Notes under the pieces: model-generated
Database searches by the model: none
What the model was told of the DNA's origin: nothing
What the model saw: only the letters and a program-made list of their open reading frames with translations
Made by a program: the position numbers and the translations under genes
In this document: in pieces, positions 52,727 through 63,483 of the stretch
How the letters are laid out: each line of letters starts with the position of its first letter
How positions within the stretch are numbered: position 1 is the first letter of the stretch
DNA from: Nitrospirota bacterium
Lineage (GTDB): Bacteria > Nitrospirota > UBA9217
Length of the DNA: 64,000 nt
Assembly (NCBI GenBank): GCA_963749655.1
Contig: CAVVOB010000013.1
Span: 224,001-288,000, forward strand
Reading direction: 5' to 3'

Positions 52727-52990
52727 ATCAGCTACAGACGTAACGGGTAACGACTGACAGATTGGGTAAAAAGAAAACGCATCTTGAAGCTGCGCTGCGA
52801 TGCAGGATTGTCGCATCGAGACTGCGATCACCCTGCTGCACAGGAAGGCCGCTTACACGATGCCGGGCCCGGGGAAAAAGAAAACCCGGAGACGTTGTTT
52901 CCTCCCGTGCCTCGTCTCTTTCGCTGTTGAAAAAGAGAAAGCATCGCTGGAAACAGCATTCCCCAGGGTGTTTTTCATGCCGATGATCGC

Positions 52991-53920
52991 TTATCGGATC
53001 AACGATTCCTGTACCAGTCCGCACTGGAGGGTCTGGCTCGCCTTGGCTTTCAGCACAAGCTCTTCAGGAAATTTGTATTTTGCGCTGTACTGGTCGGGGG
53101 ACAGCAGGCGGAAGCCTATAAAGGGACGTTTGATCCACGGAGAATATCTGACCCGCAGCGTCGGCTGAAGGGACTGTGGATTGTCATCCCACGAACCGCC
53201 GCGCAGGACGCGGTAAATCCCGCCCGACGGCCCTTCCGGGTTGTACTGCGGGCTGTTCCGGTAATAGTCCGTTCTATACCAGTCGGCGGTCCATTCCCAG
53301 ACGCTCCCCTGCATATCGTAGATGCCGAGGCTGTTCGGCTCGGACCCTCCGACGGGATGAAGAACGTTCTTAGTGCCCGATCCCGGGGATGCCGCATCCG
53401 CGGTAACGCTCTTTTCCTGAGTCATGCCGCTGCGGACGGCGAATTCCCACTCGGCCTCGGTCGGTAAGCGATAGGTTTTCCCGGTTCGTACGCTCAGGCG
53501 ACGGATGAATTCCTGGGCATCGTGCCAGCTCACATCCACTACCGGGCAGTCGTCGCCGCAGCTGTTTACCGTGGACGGATTGCTCCCCATGATCTCGCGC
53601 CACTGGGCCTGGGTAACTTCGTATTTCCCTATGTAATAGTCGTCAACGCATACCTGGTGAGCCGGGCTTGCGTCGCGCAATCCCTCGCCGGGGTTGACGC
53701 CCATGCAATAGCAGCCCCCGGTAACATGGATGAACTCCAGGTCGGAGCTCGAATCTCCGGCCGTGGGAGTTGTGCTGCCCGGAGAAACTGCCGGGATTGA
53801 AGACGTGTACGCAGCCGATGCTATAATCGGCATATGTTCGGGCAGATCCACGCACGCCTGTGACTCTGCTGCAGCCTGGACCAGCATCATACTGAATAAA
53901 AGAAAGAACACCTTTTTCAT
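52991..53920 (-). CDS. Secreted FGE-sulfatase (SUMF1) domain protein
   Basis: YEVTQ, RLPTEAEWE, GIYDMQGSVWEW, RVLRGGSW, GFR. Confidence 0.9.
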   Translation of the reverse strand: MKKVFFLLFSMMLVQAAAESQACVDLPEHMPIIASAAYTSSIPAVSPGSTTPTAGDSSSDLEFIHVTGGCYCMGVNPGEGLRDASPAHQVCVDDYYIGKYEVTQAQWREIMGSNPSTVNSCGDDCPVVDVSWHDAQEFIRRLSVRTGKTYRLPTEAEWEFAVRSGMTQEKSVTADAASPGSGTKNVLHPVGGSEPNSLGIYDMQGSVWEWTADWYRTDYYRNSPQYNPEGPSGGIYRVLRGGSWDDNPQSLQPTLRVRYSPWIKRPFIGFRLLSPDQYSAKYKFPEELVLKAKASQTLQCGLVQESLIR

Positions 53921-54287
53921 ACCATCCTCCCCTTTCCATTATTGATCATGTGCAGGAAAAGCCCCAGGATCAATTTTTCCCCATGGCAATACTGTGGTAT
54001 TCGATGAAGCTATTATGACGTGAAGATAAAATCATGCTGCTCAAGCTATCATATTAAAGTCACCTCCTCGTGATGCCGGTGTCGTGTTGATACCATCCGA
54101 CCTTGGTTCCATGATCGCTCAGGAGTCGAAAAGTATGCGGCAGGACATGGTGATGAAGTAGATGGCGAAGCAGACGATTTGATTTACCTGGGTTGTCAAT
54201 GCTGATTCGATTGCCCGACGCAGTACTGTAGAGAATGCAGATGAGTATGATTGTTGGTTTCCTCCATCGCAATATAGTGCGTTACGT

Positions 54288-54303
54288 TGCATTTTAAATG
54301 CCA
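54288..54303 (-). promoter_or_regulatory. Possible sigma54 promoter
   Basis: TGGCAT-TTAAA-ATGCA. Confidence 0.5.
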
Positions 54304-54746
54304 TGATGGTTGTTGTTTTTCTATCCTATTGATAAGAAGCTCGTAATAATATTTAAACCATTTTTTCGCCCTCAAGCCGGCCTAAAAAATTGTATGGTAC
54401 TCACTGCAGCAAACAGCATCCAGAAAGTGTAAAAGTGAGCACAGACAATGAAAAATCAAGACGTTTTAATTTGTATGAATTTGCATACAGGAAAAGACTC
54501 GAAACTGCGGTCTTAGGGTATATGATCACGATGAAGTTGGAGACTTAGCAGAGGTGTCTTCTCAAAGGCAGAAATGGCTGCTGGTTCGAATTGAAGGAAC
54601 AGCCTTTCCTGATTGAAGGAGCCGTTCTCCGTTCGGTTTTGAAAAGGACGATGGAGGGAAACGGCTGTCCCGTTTTTTGGAACAGCCGACATGGGGAGCA
54701 ATTGCGGACATGGTGGAGACAGGACAGGGAGATTGCGTTCGTTCTC

Positions 54747-54949
54747 CGCAATCCCGCGCCTTGGCATCGCCCGGCTCCTGCCGGGGGTGGAAAGCGCTCA
54801 CTCGCGCGTGACACGAACGTGTCACGCATGCGCGAGTTCGCAGTTCCACCTGGCACTCCGTGCATCCGCACTCGTAAACGCCGGGTGCAGGCGGGAGGTC
54901 GTCATGACTTTGAGTCCCGACAAGTCGGGATGCCGGAGGGGGCTCCACT
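54747..54949 (+). repeat. Structured non-coding element, copy C (with extra hairpin)
   Basis: Homologous to 35263-35417 plus an insert of about 45 nt. Confidence 0.85.
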
Positions 54950-55098
54950 AAACGAGAATATTTCGCGCAGAAACGCAGAGACGCGTATAAGATCAATGCG
55001 GAATTCGGAATGCGGAATTGAAAAGAATGGGCGGAGTTTCCCCTCGCGCTCAGCGACTCAGCGCGAGAAATAGGATTTAATCCGTTCTGTTTGCGGTG

Positions 55099-55749
55099 CT
55101 ACGGATTGATCAGGAAGTCTTCGGACTCGGTCCTGCCGCTTGTCACCGTCACCCTCCGTCCCGCGACCTTCAGTTTTCCCTCGGCAAAGAGCTGGATGGC
55201 CCGGGAAAAGATCTTGTGCTCCTGCTTCAATATCCGGGCTGCAAGGGTATCCTCGGTGTCGTTGTCCAGAACAGGCACCGCGGCCTGGATGATGATCGGC
55301 CCGGTGTCCATGCCCTCGTCCACAAAATGCACGGTGCACCCTGAGAACTTGACGCCGTGCTCGATGGCGGCCTTCTGAACGTGGAGACCGGGAAAGGACG
55401 GCAGCAGGGCGGGATGGATGTTCATGATGCGGTTCGGGAACGCGCTCACGAGGGCCTTTGTGATGATCCTCATGAAACCGGCAAGGATCACGAGATCGAC
55501 GGCATGTTTCCTGAGCTCCTGCACCAGCAATCCGTCATATTCCTCACGCCTGCCCCTGTATCCCTTCGCGCTCAGATGGACCGCGGTGATGTGGTGCTTC
55601 CGCGCCCGCTCGAGAGCAAAGGCATCAGCCTGGTCGCTGATTACGACGGCCACCTCGGCGGACAGTTCGTCCTGTTCAATATGATCGATGATTGCCTGAA
55701 GATTGGATCCGCGGCCCGAGACGAGGACGCCGAGTCTGACCTTTTTCAT
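55099..55749 (-). CDS. purN: Phosphoribosylglycinamide formyltransferase
   Basis: SGRGSNLQA, LAGFMR, NIHPALLP, GCTVHFV, DTGPII. Confidence 0.96.
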   Translation of the reverse strand: MKKVRLGVLVSGRGSNLQAIIDHIEQDELSAEVAVVISDQADAFALERARKHHITAVHLSAKGYRGRREEYDGLLVQELRKHAVDLVILAGFMRIITKALVSAFPNRIMNIHPALLPSFPGLHVQKAAIEHGVKFSGCTVHFVDEGMDTGPIIIQAAVPVLDNDTEDTLAARILKQEHKIFSRAIQLFAEGKLKVAGRRVTVTSGRTESEDFLINP

Positions 55750-55765
55750 GAGAACCTCTGAAGAG

Positions 55766-55891
55766 CGAGTAGCAAGGAGCAAGTAGCAAGTAGCAAGGAA
55801 CGACCATCTTCGAGACCGCGTTCCGGGTACGTTGACCCTAGGACCCTCGTGTACCCTAATCGTTGCCCCTGGACCCCCGACCCTGGACCCT
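55766..55891. repeat. Degenerate heptamer arrays (AGTAGCA and GACCCTG types)
   Basis: 55766-55798 and 55834-55891. Confidence 0.7.
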
Positions 55892-56921
55892 ATCTTTCTA
55901 TGTACTTCACGACCTGTTTTCCCTTGGCGATTTCGCCGATGACAGAGGCCTTTTCGCCGAGTTTCGCGGCTTTCTTCACGAGGGCTTCGGCCTGCTTCTT
56001 CGGCACGGCCAGGATCATGCCCAGGCCCATGTTGAAGTCGCGGTACATCTCGTCGTCGTTGACGCCCGCCTTTTTCTGGATGAGCCGGAAGATGGGAGGA
56101 ATGTCCCAGGTCCCTTTTTTGATCACGGCCTGCGCTCCCTTCGGCAGCATGCGGGGCGTGTTCTCGGTGATCCCGCCGCCGGTGATGTGGGCCATGCCGC
56201 GGATGTCGAATTCCTTCATGAGCGCGGCTATGGTCTTCGCATAGATCCGCGTGGGAGTGAGCAGGACCTCGCCGAGAGTGCCCTGGCCCAGCTCGGTGAG
56301 AGTGTCTCCCACACCGTAGCCGGCTTTTTCGAAGAGGGCTTTACGCACAAGCGAGTATCCGTTGCTGTGGAGCCCCGATGACGCAAGGCCGACGAGGACG
56401 TCGCCCGGCTTGATTTTCGCACCGTTGACGATCTTCTTCTTTTCCACCACCCCCACGGCGAAGCCCGCCAGGTCATATTCGTTCTCGGCGTAGAAGGACG
56501 GCATCTCGGCCGTTTCGCCGCCGATGAGCGCGCAGCCCGCCTGCTTGCAGCCCGCGGCGATGCCCTTGACGATGTCCGAATGTTCCTGGGGCTTGAGTTT
56601 GCCCGTGGCAAAGTAATCGAGGAAAAAGAGGGGTTCCGCTCCCTGGACGACGATGTCGTTCACGCACATGGCAACCAGGTCTATACCCACCGTGTCGTGC
56701 CGGTTCATGAGGAAGGCGATCTTGAGCTTGGTGCCCACGCCGTCGGTGCCGGAGACGAGCACCGGGTCCCGGTATTTCTTGAGCGCGAAGAGGCCGCCGA
56801 AGCCGCCGATGTCCGTCAGGACCTCGGGTCGGAACGTGGACTTGACATAGGGTTTGATCTTCTCGACGAAGAGGTCTCCTGCGTCGATGTCGACGCCCGC
56901 GTCTTTATAGGTTATTGCCAT
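55890..56921 (-). CDS. purM: Phosphoribosylformylglycinamidine cyclo-ligase
   Basis: YKDAGVD, TDGVGTK, GGETAEMP, SSGLHSNG, HITGGG, FNMG. Confidence 0.97.
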   Translation of the reverse strand: MAITYKDAGVDIDAGDLFVEKIKPYVKSTFRPEVLTDIGGFGGLFALKKYRDPVLVSGTDGVGTKLKIAFLMNRHDTVGIDLVAMCVNDIVVQGAEPLFFLDYFATGKLKPQEHSDIVKGIAAGCKQAGCALIGGETAEMPSFYAENEYDLAGFAVGVVEKKKIVNGAKIKPGDVLVGLASSGLHSNGYSLVRKALFEKAGYGVGDTLTELGQGTLGEVLLTPTRIYAKTIAALMKEFDIRGMAHITGGGITENTPRMLPKGAQAVIKKGTWDIPPIFRLIQKKAGVNDDEMYRDFNMGLGMILAVPKKQAEALVKKAAKLGEKASVIGEIAKGKQVVKYIER

Positions 56922-57040
56922 ACCTGTCCCTTCTGTCTGGAATGTTCGAAGATAGTACCCGTAACGGGGGACCCTGTCAATACGCCGGTTTGCTCCGGTG
57001 TATCCTGAACGCCGGCCGTACAAGGTCGGACCTGGGCGGG

Positions 57041-57520
57041 CTATTTGACCCTGTTCTGGATGTCCTTTACGGTTTTGTTGTTCAGGAGCTTCAGGAACCG
57101 GGGATTGGCCGCAAGGGCCGACGCATCACCCGTGTTCACCGCTTTCATGATTTCGGGGTCCTCCAGGATCTTTTGGAACTCCGGGTCGTTCTGAAGGGAT
57201 TGGATCAGGGCCATAATGTCGGGATTGCTCAGCATTTTCCCCTGCAAAGTCTCCATTTCCACTGTCGCGCTTCCGGCGCTCCGCTCCGTTCCCGCTTGTC
57301 CCGGCGTGGATTGCCGGTGAATGGCACGGATGCGCGAGGCCTTGATCTTGAGGATGCCCAAGGTGGACGATCGGACGGTATAGATGCCGTCGGTGAGCGA
57401 CAGCACTTCGGCGATGACAGAGCCGCCGTCGGTAAGCTCGATTTCCTGCAAATCAGCCGCGGCGGCATGCTGCAGGGGGAGCAATAAAGTCAGACAGCAG
57501 CAAAGGATGATCAGGCGCAT
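57041..57520 (-). CDS. Exported hypothetical protein with STI1/DP-like helical tail
   Basis: Signal peptide; NP/DP-rich helices. Confidence 0.7.
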   Translation of the reverse strand: MRLIILCCCLTLLLPLQHAAAADLQEIELTDGGSVIAEVLSLTDGIYTVRSSTLGILKIKASRIRAIHRQSTPGQAGTERSAGSATVEMETLQGKMLSNPDIMALIQSLQNDPEFQKILEDPEIMKAVNTGDASALAANPRFLKLLNNKTVKDIQNRVK

Positions 57521-57830
57521 GGCGTTCTCCTGGAGCGGGGGCTTCAATGTGAGGTGAAGATTATGATAATTTGGCCTTTCTGTCAAGCCTGAAAGGGGGG
57601 GGCCATGGCACGACCGGTTATCGGCGGCCCGCCTTCACTTTTCTCTTTTCTTTGTACGGGTTCTGGTATATTATGGGGACACATTTTTTTCTGGTTTCCG
57701 TGCGCCCTTCTGGCACGGCATGCCTCAGGTCCTGCAGTTTTTTTCGCTGAAAGCGTAAACCGGGCAGTCTTTTTCCCCCGGATCATAATGGTTGCCGGCG
57801 AGATGGATCCCAGCCGACAGGCCTTATACG

Positions 57831-60069
57831 ATGGCATTCAGAAGATTTGAAAAATCGAGATATCCCTTCGTACTGATCGCGGCATGGTCCGCGGTGCTGG
57901 CAGCGTCCCTCTTCTGGAATACCTACCATACCCATCAAACCAACCTCGAAAAGGCACGCATCGAAGCCCGGACCCTCTTCGAAGAGACCCTGGCATTCCG
58001 CGGATGGTCCGCGTTTCACGGCGGCGTGTATGTGCCCGTCAGCGACAAGATCCAGCCGAATCCCTATCTGACCGTTCCTGACCGGGATATCGTGACCCGG
58101 GAGGGAAGGAAATTCACCCTCGTCAATCCGGCCTGGATGACAAGGCTCGTATTCGAGCGGCTCAGCAAACAGTCTGCGCTGCCGGTCATCAACCATTTGA
58201 CAAGCCTGAAATACATCAATCCGGTGAACAAACCCGACGGGTGGGAGGAAAAGGGGCTGCTGGCCTTCGAGCGGGGAGCGCGGGAAATCAGCGAAGAGGT
58301 GGTCCTCAACAACGAGCCCTACCTCAGACTGCTGAAACCGTTTATGACCGAGGAGGGGTGCCTCAAGTGCCATGGACATCAGGGGTACAAGGTCGGCGAC
58401 GTGCGCGGAGGGATGAGCGTTGCCGTGCCGCTGAGGCCTTTTTTCGAAACCGGGCTCAGGGACGAGCGGGGCATGGTTGCGACCCACGGCATCCTGTGGC
58501 TCATCGGCATGGGCGGGATACTGGCGTTCGCCGGGAGGATCCAGCGGAAACAGCAGGAACTCATAACGAGCGAGAAGAACTACCGCCTCCTGTTCGAGAA
58601 CAATCCCCACCCCATGTGGGTCTATGATCTCGAGTCCCTCGCTTTTCTCACGGTGAACGATGCGGCCGTAACGCACTACGGATATTCGCGCGAGGAATTT
58701 CTTGCAATGACCATCAGGGACATCCGCCCTTCCGAGGACGTCCCCCGGCTTATGCAGAACATCGAGAACGTCACGGAGGGTGTGGACGAGGCCGGCATCT
58801 GGCAGCACCTCAAAAAGGACGGAACGATGATCTATGTGGAGATTACGTCCCATACGCTGACTGTTCGAAGGCCGGCCCGCCGAACTGGTTATGGTCACCG
58901 ATGTCTCGGAGCGCAGGAAACTCGAAGACCAGCTCCGGCACGCACAGAAAATGGAGGCCGTGGGCAGGCTCGCCGGCGGCGTCGCCCATGACTTCAACAA
59001 CATCCTGACGGCCATCATCGGCTACGGAAGCCTGACCCTCATGAAGACGAAGACCGACGACCCGAGCAGGCATAATGTGGAGGAAATCATCGCAGCGGCC
59101 CACCGCGGCGCCAATCTGACCAAGGGGCTACTCGCCTTCAGCAGGAAGCAGATCATCAATCCCCGTCCCGTAAACATCAATAATGTCATTGAGCGGGTCG
59201 GAAAGCTGCTGGTGCGGCTCATCGGCGAGGACATCAAATTCGACGCCCGATTGTCCGAAGCCGATCTTGTCGTGGTCGCCGACAGCGGTCATATGGAGCA
59301 GGTCCTGATGAACCTGGCGACCAACGCCCGGGATTCCATGCCCGACGGCGGACTGCTGCATGTGGAAACATCGCAGGTCCTGCTCGATGAAAAATTCATC
59401 GCGGCACACCGGTACGGAAAGGCGGGGGCCTACGCCCTGATCACCATGACCGATACGGGCACGGGAATGGACCGGACGACGGCGGAGCGCGTTTTTGAAC
59501 CGTTTTTTACGACCAAGGAGACAGGCCGGGGGACGGGTCTCGGCCTGTCAATGGTGTATGGAATCGTGAAGCAGCACGAGGGCTACATCAATGTCTACAC
59601 CGAGCCGGGGATGGGCACCACCTTCAAGATCTATCTCCCTCTCGCAGCGTCGTCGATTGCCGCGGAGAAGCCTTTACAGCAGTCGGAGCCGGTCCGGGGC
59701 AGGGGCGAGACGGTGCTTATCGCCGAAGACGATGAGCCGCTCCGGCGGCTTGCGTCATCGGTACTGCGGGAGTTCGGATATGGCGTGATAGAGGCAATCG
59801 ACGGCGAGGACGCGCTGGAGAAGCTTCGGGAGGAGAAGGACCGGGTGCAGCTTCTCCTGCTCGATGTCATCATGCCGAAAAAGAACGGCAGGGAAGTATA
59901 CGAGGAAGCCAGGCTGCTGAAACCCGGCATCAAGGTCCTTTTCGCAAGCGGCTACACGGCGGACATCGTAAATAAGAAGGGGATCCTCGACGAAGGGCAG
60001 GACTTTGTATCCAAGCCTGTTTCGCCGGGAGAACTGCTGAAAAAGATACGGGAGGTGCTCGACAAGTAA
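57831..60069 (+). CDS. Hybrid sensor kinase: periplasmic heme-c (DUF3365-like), PAS, HisKA/HATPase, REC; frameshift near 58865
   Basis: CLKCH, HGGVYV, AHDFNN, PFFTTK..GTGLGL, DVIMP. Confidence 0.88.
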
Positions 60070-60238
60070 GCCGGATCCCGCGCCATTTTGAATGGTTGGC
60101 GGTGCAGGCAGGGACGATAGAATCAAAAGCTCCTTGAAAAAAGAGGTCTGCTCGATAGCAGAGGCGCTGATCCAAAATAGGGGAGCAAAAAAACAGAGAG
60201 GCAAGACTTTGATGTTACAAAAGGGATAAGGGGGGGCT

Positions 60239-60547
60239 ATGAAAAGGTTCATCCTGGCGGCAGTGCTGGTTGTGCTTTCCGTTCCAATGTATTCCTGGGG
60301 AAAAGTCGGGGGCGGGGACATAACGTTCAATGTGTCCGGGGCGGCGAACGTCGTGTACAGCCACGATGACCATGTCTCGAGGCACGGGATCAAGTGCGGA
60401 GAATGCCATTACCGGATTTTCAAGACCGTGGAAGGGCATCAGAAAACAACAATGGCGGACATGGAGAAAGGGCTGTCCTGCGGCGCCTGCCATAACGGCA
60501 AAGGGGCATTCTCGGTCAAGACCAAATGTAACAGCTGTCACCGCTAG
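60239..60547 (+). CDS. Triheme c7-type cytochrome
   Basis: Signal peptide; SHDDH, CGECH, CGACH, CNSCH; TM..M segment. Confidence 0.9.
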   Translation: MKRFILAAVLVVLSVPMYSWGKVGGGDITFNVSGAANVVYSHDDHVSRHGIKCGECHYRIFKTVEGHQKTTMADMEKGLSCGACHNGKGAFSVKTKCNSCHR

Positions 60548-60754
60548 TTGATCGTACAGGAGTCTGTGGTTGATATTCCGGCCCTTTTGCATGATTTGAG
60601 CGCGCTGCGGCTTTGCACGAAATATCCTTGTCTTTCACGAGCCGATGCCGGCCGCTTCCCAGGCCCTTTGCAGATAATCCCTGGTCGTTAAAGGCGAAAA
60701 TACTTCCTTCCGGGCCATGCAGAAATGATTTTGCCACATACAATACATATGATG

Positions 60755-60921
60755 TGATGATCTCGTAAAAAGTCTTTTTAACATAGAAGAAGTCACAAAA
60801 GTTTAAAAAATATCATTGATTGTTCAAAGACTCTTTTTGTGCTTTTTGTGCCTTTTGTGGCAAATCTTGGCTTCTTTCGACTACATCACATATACGACAG
60901 GCGGTTTTTCGAATTCATCAA
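60755..60921. repeat. Palindromic intergenic element (sibling of 26-144)
   Basis: TGATGATCTCGTAAAAAGTC left end; two right ends ending CATCA. Confidence 0.65.
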
Positions 60922-61041
60922 GATTCTTGCTGAAATACTTGAGGAAAAATATCTTGTCTTGCCGTGGCATATTGTAACAGTTTACTGCGTTATCCTGTCC
61001 CCATCATCGGAGCATACCCCAAAAATACCCTTTCTCGGCTA

Positions 61042-61070
61042 TTGACAATAAAACGGTTTCGGTATTTAAT
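61042..61070 (+). promoter_or_regulatory. sigma70 promoter
   Basis: TTGACA-17-TTTAAT. Confidence 0.6.
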
Positions 61071-61103
61071 GTCCGCGAACCTGAAATCCATTCGCTAAAA
61101 ATT

Positions 61104-62345
61104 ATGATCAAGCCTGCCTTCAATCCCCTGCAGCTACGCTTCTCAGGAGAACTCGAAAACGTCTTCAGGGATGATTATTTCAGTAAATCCATAAAACCGC
61201 TCAGAATCGGCATCCTCCTGGCGACGATGCTGTATGCCCTTTTCGGGATACTGGACGCCCAGATCTTCCCGGAAATGAAGGCTGAAACCTGGTTTATCAG
61301 GTACGCCGTCGTGTGCCCTGTCTGCCTGGCCGGATTCCTCTCCACTTTTTCAGCGCGGTTCAAGAACCATATGCAGGCCATCATGCTTTTGCTTACTCTG
61401 GCGGGCGGGACCGGAATCATTGTAATGATGGTGCTGGTTCATTCGCCGGAAAACTATTTTCATTACGCAGGACTGCTTCTGGTGATCATGTACACGTACA
61501 CGTTCAGCAAACTGAGCTTTCATGCCGCGTCGTTCGTCTGCTGGACACTCGTCGGTCTGTACGAATACTCGGCCCTCCGGATCATGCACGTACCCTTGCC
61601 GGTCTTTCTGAACGACAACTTTTTCTACATTTCGGCGAACCTGATCGGCATGTTCTCCTGCTATCACCGGGAGCTCTACACGAGAAAGGATTTTCTGCAG
61701 ACGCTGACCATCAGGGAATTCGAGGAAAAAAAACGCCTTATGGAAAAGGAAAACATTCTCCGTGACCTCCATGACGGGATCGGGGGGATAACCACGAATA
61801 TCGGCTTGCTTGCCGAGGTGGGGCAAAAGACGGCGTCGGGAACGGAAACCAAGGCGGCCCTTGCCATGATAGCGGATCTTTCGCGCGAGGGCTTGGCAGA
61901 GATCAGGACCATCATGCGGAGCCTCGATTCGACGCCGAAAACGTGGCAGGAGATGGCGTCCGAGTTCAGGCGGCAGGGCAGCGCAATGGTGGAGCCCCAC
62001 GGCATCTCCTTTCACCTCAAGTCGTCGATCGACGGCGTACTCAGCAATCAGCCGGGGAAAATTCTCTGGCTGAATCTTTTCCGGATATACCGGGAAACCC
62101 TTACCAACATCATGAAACACTCCCGGGCGATGACCGTTTCGGTGGAGCTCACTGTCGACGGTGAAGGACTTCTTCTCTCGGTCCACGACAACGGAATCGG
62201 CATGAAGGCGTCGGGCCGCATCAACCGGGGTATTGCGAATATCAAGTCCAGGGCCCGGGAAATCGGCGGTGAAGCCTTCATCTCCTCCGCTCACGGCACG
62301 GCAGTGTGCGTGGAGCTCCCTTTTCCCGCGCCAGTCAGCGACTAA
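61104..62345 (+). CDS. Membrane sensor histidine kinase (HisKA_3 type)
   Basis: About 6 TM, RDLHDGIG, ETLTNIMKH, DNGIG. Confidence 0.9.
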   Translation: MIKPAFNPLQLRFSGELENVFRDDYFSKSIKPLRIGILLATMLYALFGILDAQIFPEMKAETWFIRYAVVCPVCLAGFLSTFSARFKNHMQAIMLLLTLAGGTGIIVMMVLVHSPENYFHYAGLLLVIMYTYTFSKLSFHAASFVCWTLVGLYEYSALRIMHVPLPVFLNDNFFYISANLIGMFSCYHRELYTRKDFLQTLTIREFEEKKRLMEKENILRDLHDGIGGITTNIGLLAEVGQKTASGTETKAALAMIADLSREGLAEIRTIMRSLDSTPKTWQEMASEFRRQGSAMVEPHGISFHLKSSIDGVLSNQPGKILWLNLFRIYRETLTNIMKHSRAMTVSVELTVDGEGLLLSVHDNGIGMKASGRINRGIANIKSRAREIGGEAFISSAHGTAVCVELPFPAPVSD

Positions 62346-62403
62346 ATGCTGCGGCCGATGTCTGAGGCCTATCCTGATCTATCGGCTCGCAGCGCGGTCG
62401 GGA

Positions 62404-62631
62404 ATGCATGAGGAACAAGTGCCTGCCATCAAAAAATGCTGGGAATTCATGAAGTGCGGAATGGAGGCAACGGGCGGCTGCCCGGTCATCGCAAAAGATG
62501 CCGGCTATATGTGCTGGATAGTGGCAGGAACATTGTGCGGCGGGAAAACTCAAGGCCTGTATGTCGACAAGGCCGGGGACTGCAAAAAATGCGGTTATTA
62601 TCGATATATTCATCAAATAAAGCTTGAATAA
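62404..62631 (+). CDS. Two-CW-domain small Cys-rich protein
   Basis: CWEFMKCG..CP..CWIVAGTLC..CKKC.YY. Confidence 0.75.
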   Translation: MHEEQVPAIKKCWEFMKCGMEATGGCPVIAKDAGYMCWIVAGTLCGGKTQGLYVDKAGDCKKCGYYRYIHQIKLE

Positions 62632-63078
62632 AAACGATCGCGACGCACCAGTCACCTGCCTTTTGGAACTGCAAGTATTGAACAACCCGGGATTTTCCTT
62701 CCCCCCGGATATTATTAGTCTATGGTGCATTCCCCCCTTGCGAAGATGAATTTCCTGGGTTATACTTCCCCATATCGAGAGTAACAAAAAACGTTTTTAA
62801 AATTACCCCGGGTTTTGAGGCAGAGGTAACACGTAACAAAAGCGCCACCTGTGAGATGCGGTGTGCACGCCCTCACCTGTTCCAGAGAGGGTAGCCTGAA
62901 GCGTCCGCAGCGGCCAAAAGGTTTGGAATCACCTCGAGCAAACTCAATCCCGGGGTAACTTTTCTCTACGACATCCGAACCATGGAGTTTTCTGCCGGCG
63001 TTTCCCGCGCCTTCGCCCGGTTGCCCGTTATCCTGTCGTGCCCCACAATGCCGGAATACCGCCCCGCCTGAACGACGG

Positions 63079-63483
63079 TCATGGATCGGCCGCTGAAAGC
63101 CGATCATAGACCTCGATCATCTCCTGCATTATAGCCGAAAGCCGCCTCGCTTTTTTTTGGGGCCCCTCATTCAGCGCAGCGAGAAGAGAATCACAGAAAT
63201 ACCACGTACATTTGAATGGTCTCATCCAGCGAGGGTCCGTACAGCCCCGGGGGCCCATGAGCTCACAGGGTCCTTCCAGCGGCCGATGCGCGTCGCGTGC
63301 CGGCACGGTCCCGCCGAGCGCCTCCAGATATCGTTTATCCCCTTCGCGGAACATGCCGTGTTTTTGTCTGCAGCAGACGTCCTTGCAGCCGGGACAGACC
63401 AGGGAAGTAAACTCTTCGAGGAGCGGAGAGGCGTCGATTAACAGCTGTTTGAGCCGTCGAGCGGAGGCAGTGCGGTTTTCCAT
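63079..63483 (-). CDS. CxxCxxxCC cysteine-cluster protein (YkgJ-like)
   Basis: CPGCKDVCC, C..GC, RPFKC..FC. Confidence 0.7.
   Translation of the reverse strand: MENRTASARRLKQLLIDASPLLEEFTSLVCPGCKDVCCRQKHGMFREGDKRYLEALGGTVPARDAHRPLEGPCELMGPRGCTDPRWMRPFKCTWYFCDSLLAALNEGPQKKARRLSAIMQEMIEVYDRLSAADP

Noticed and set aside
62830-63060. Possible riboswitch or ncRNA
   Set aside because: Only partial motif similarity; it lies between convergent gene ends
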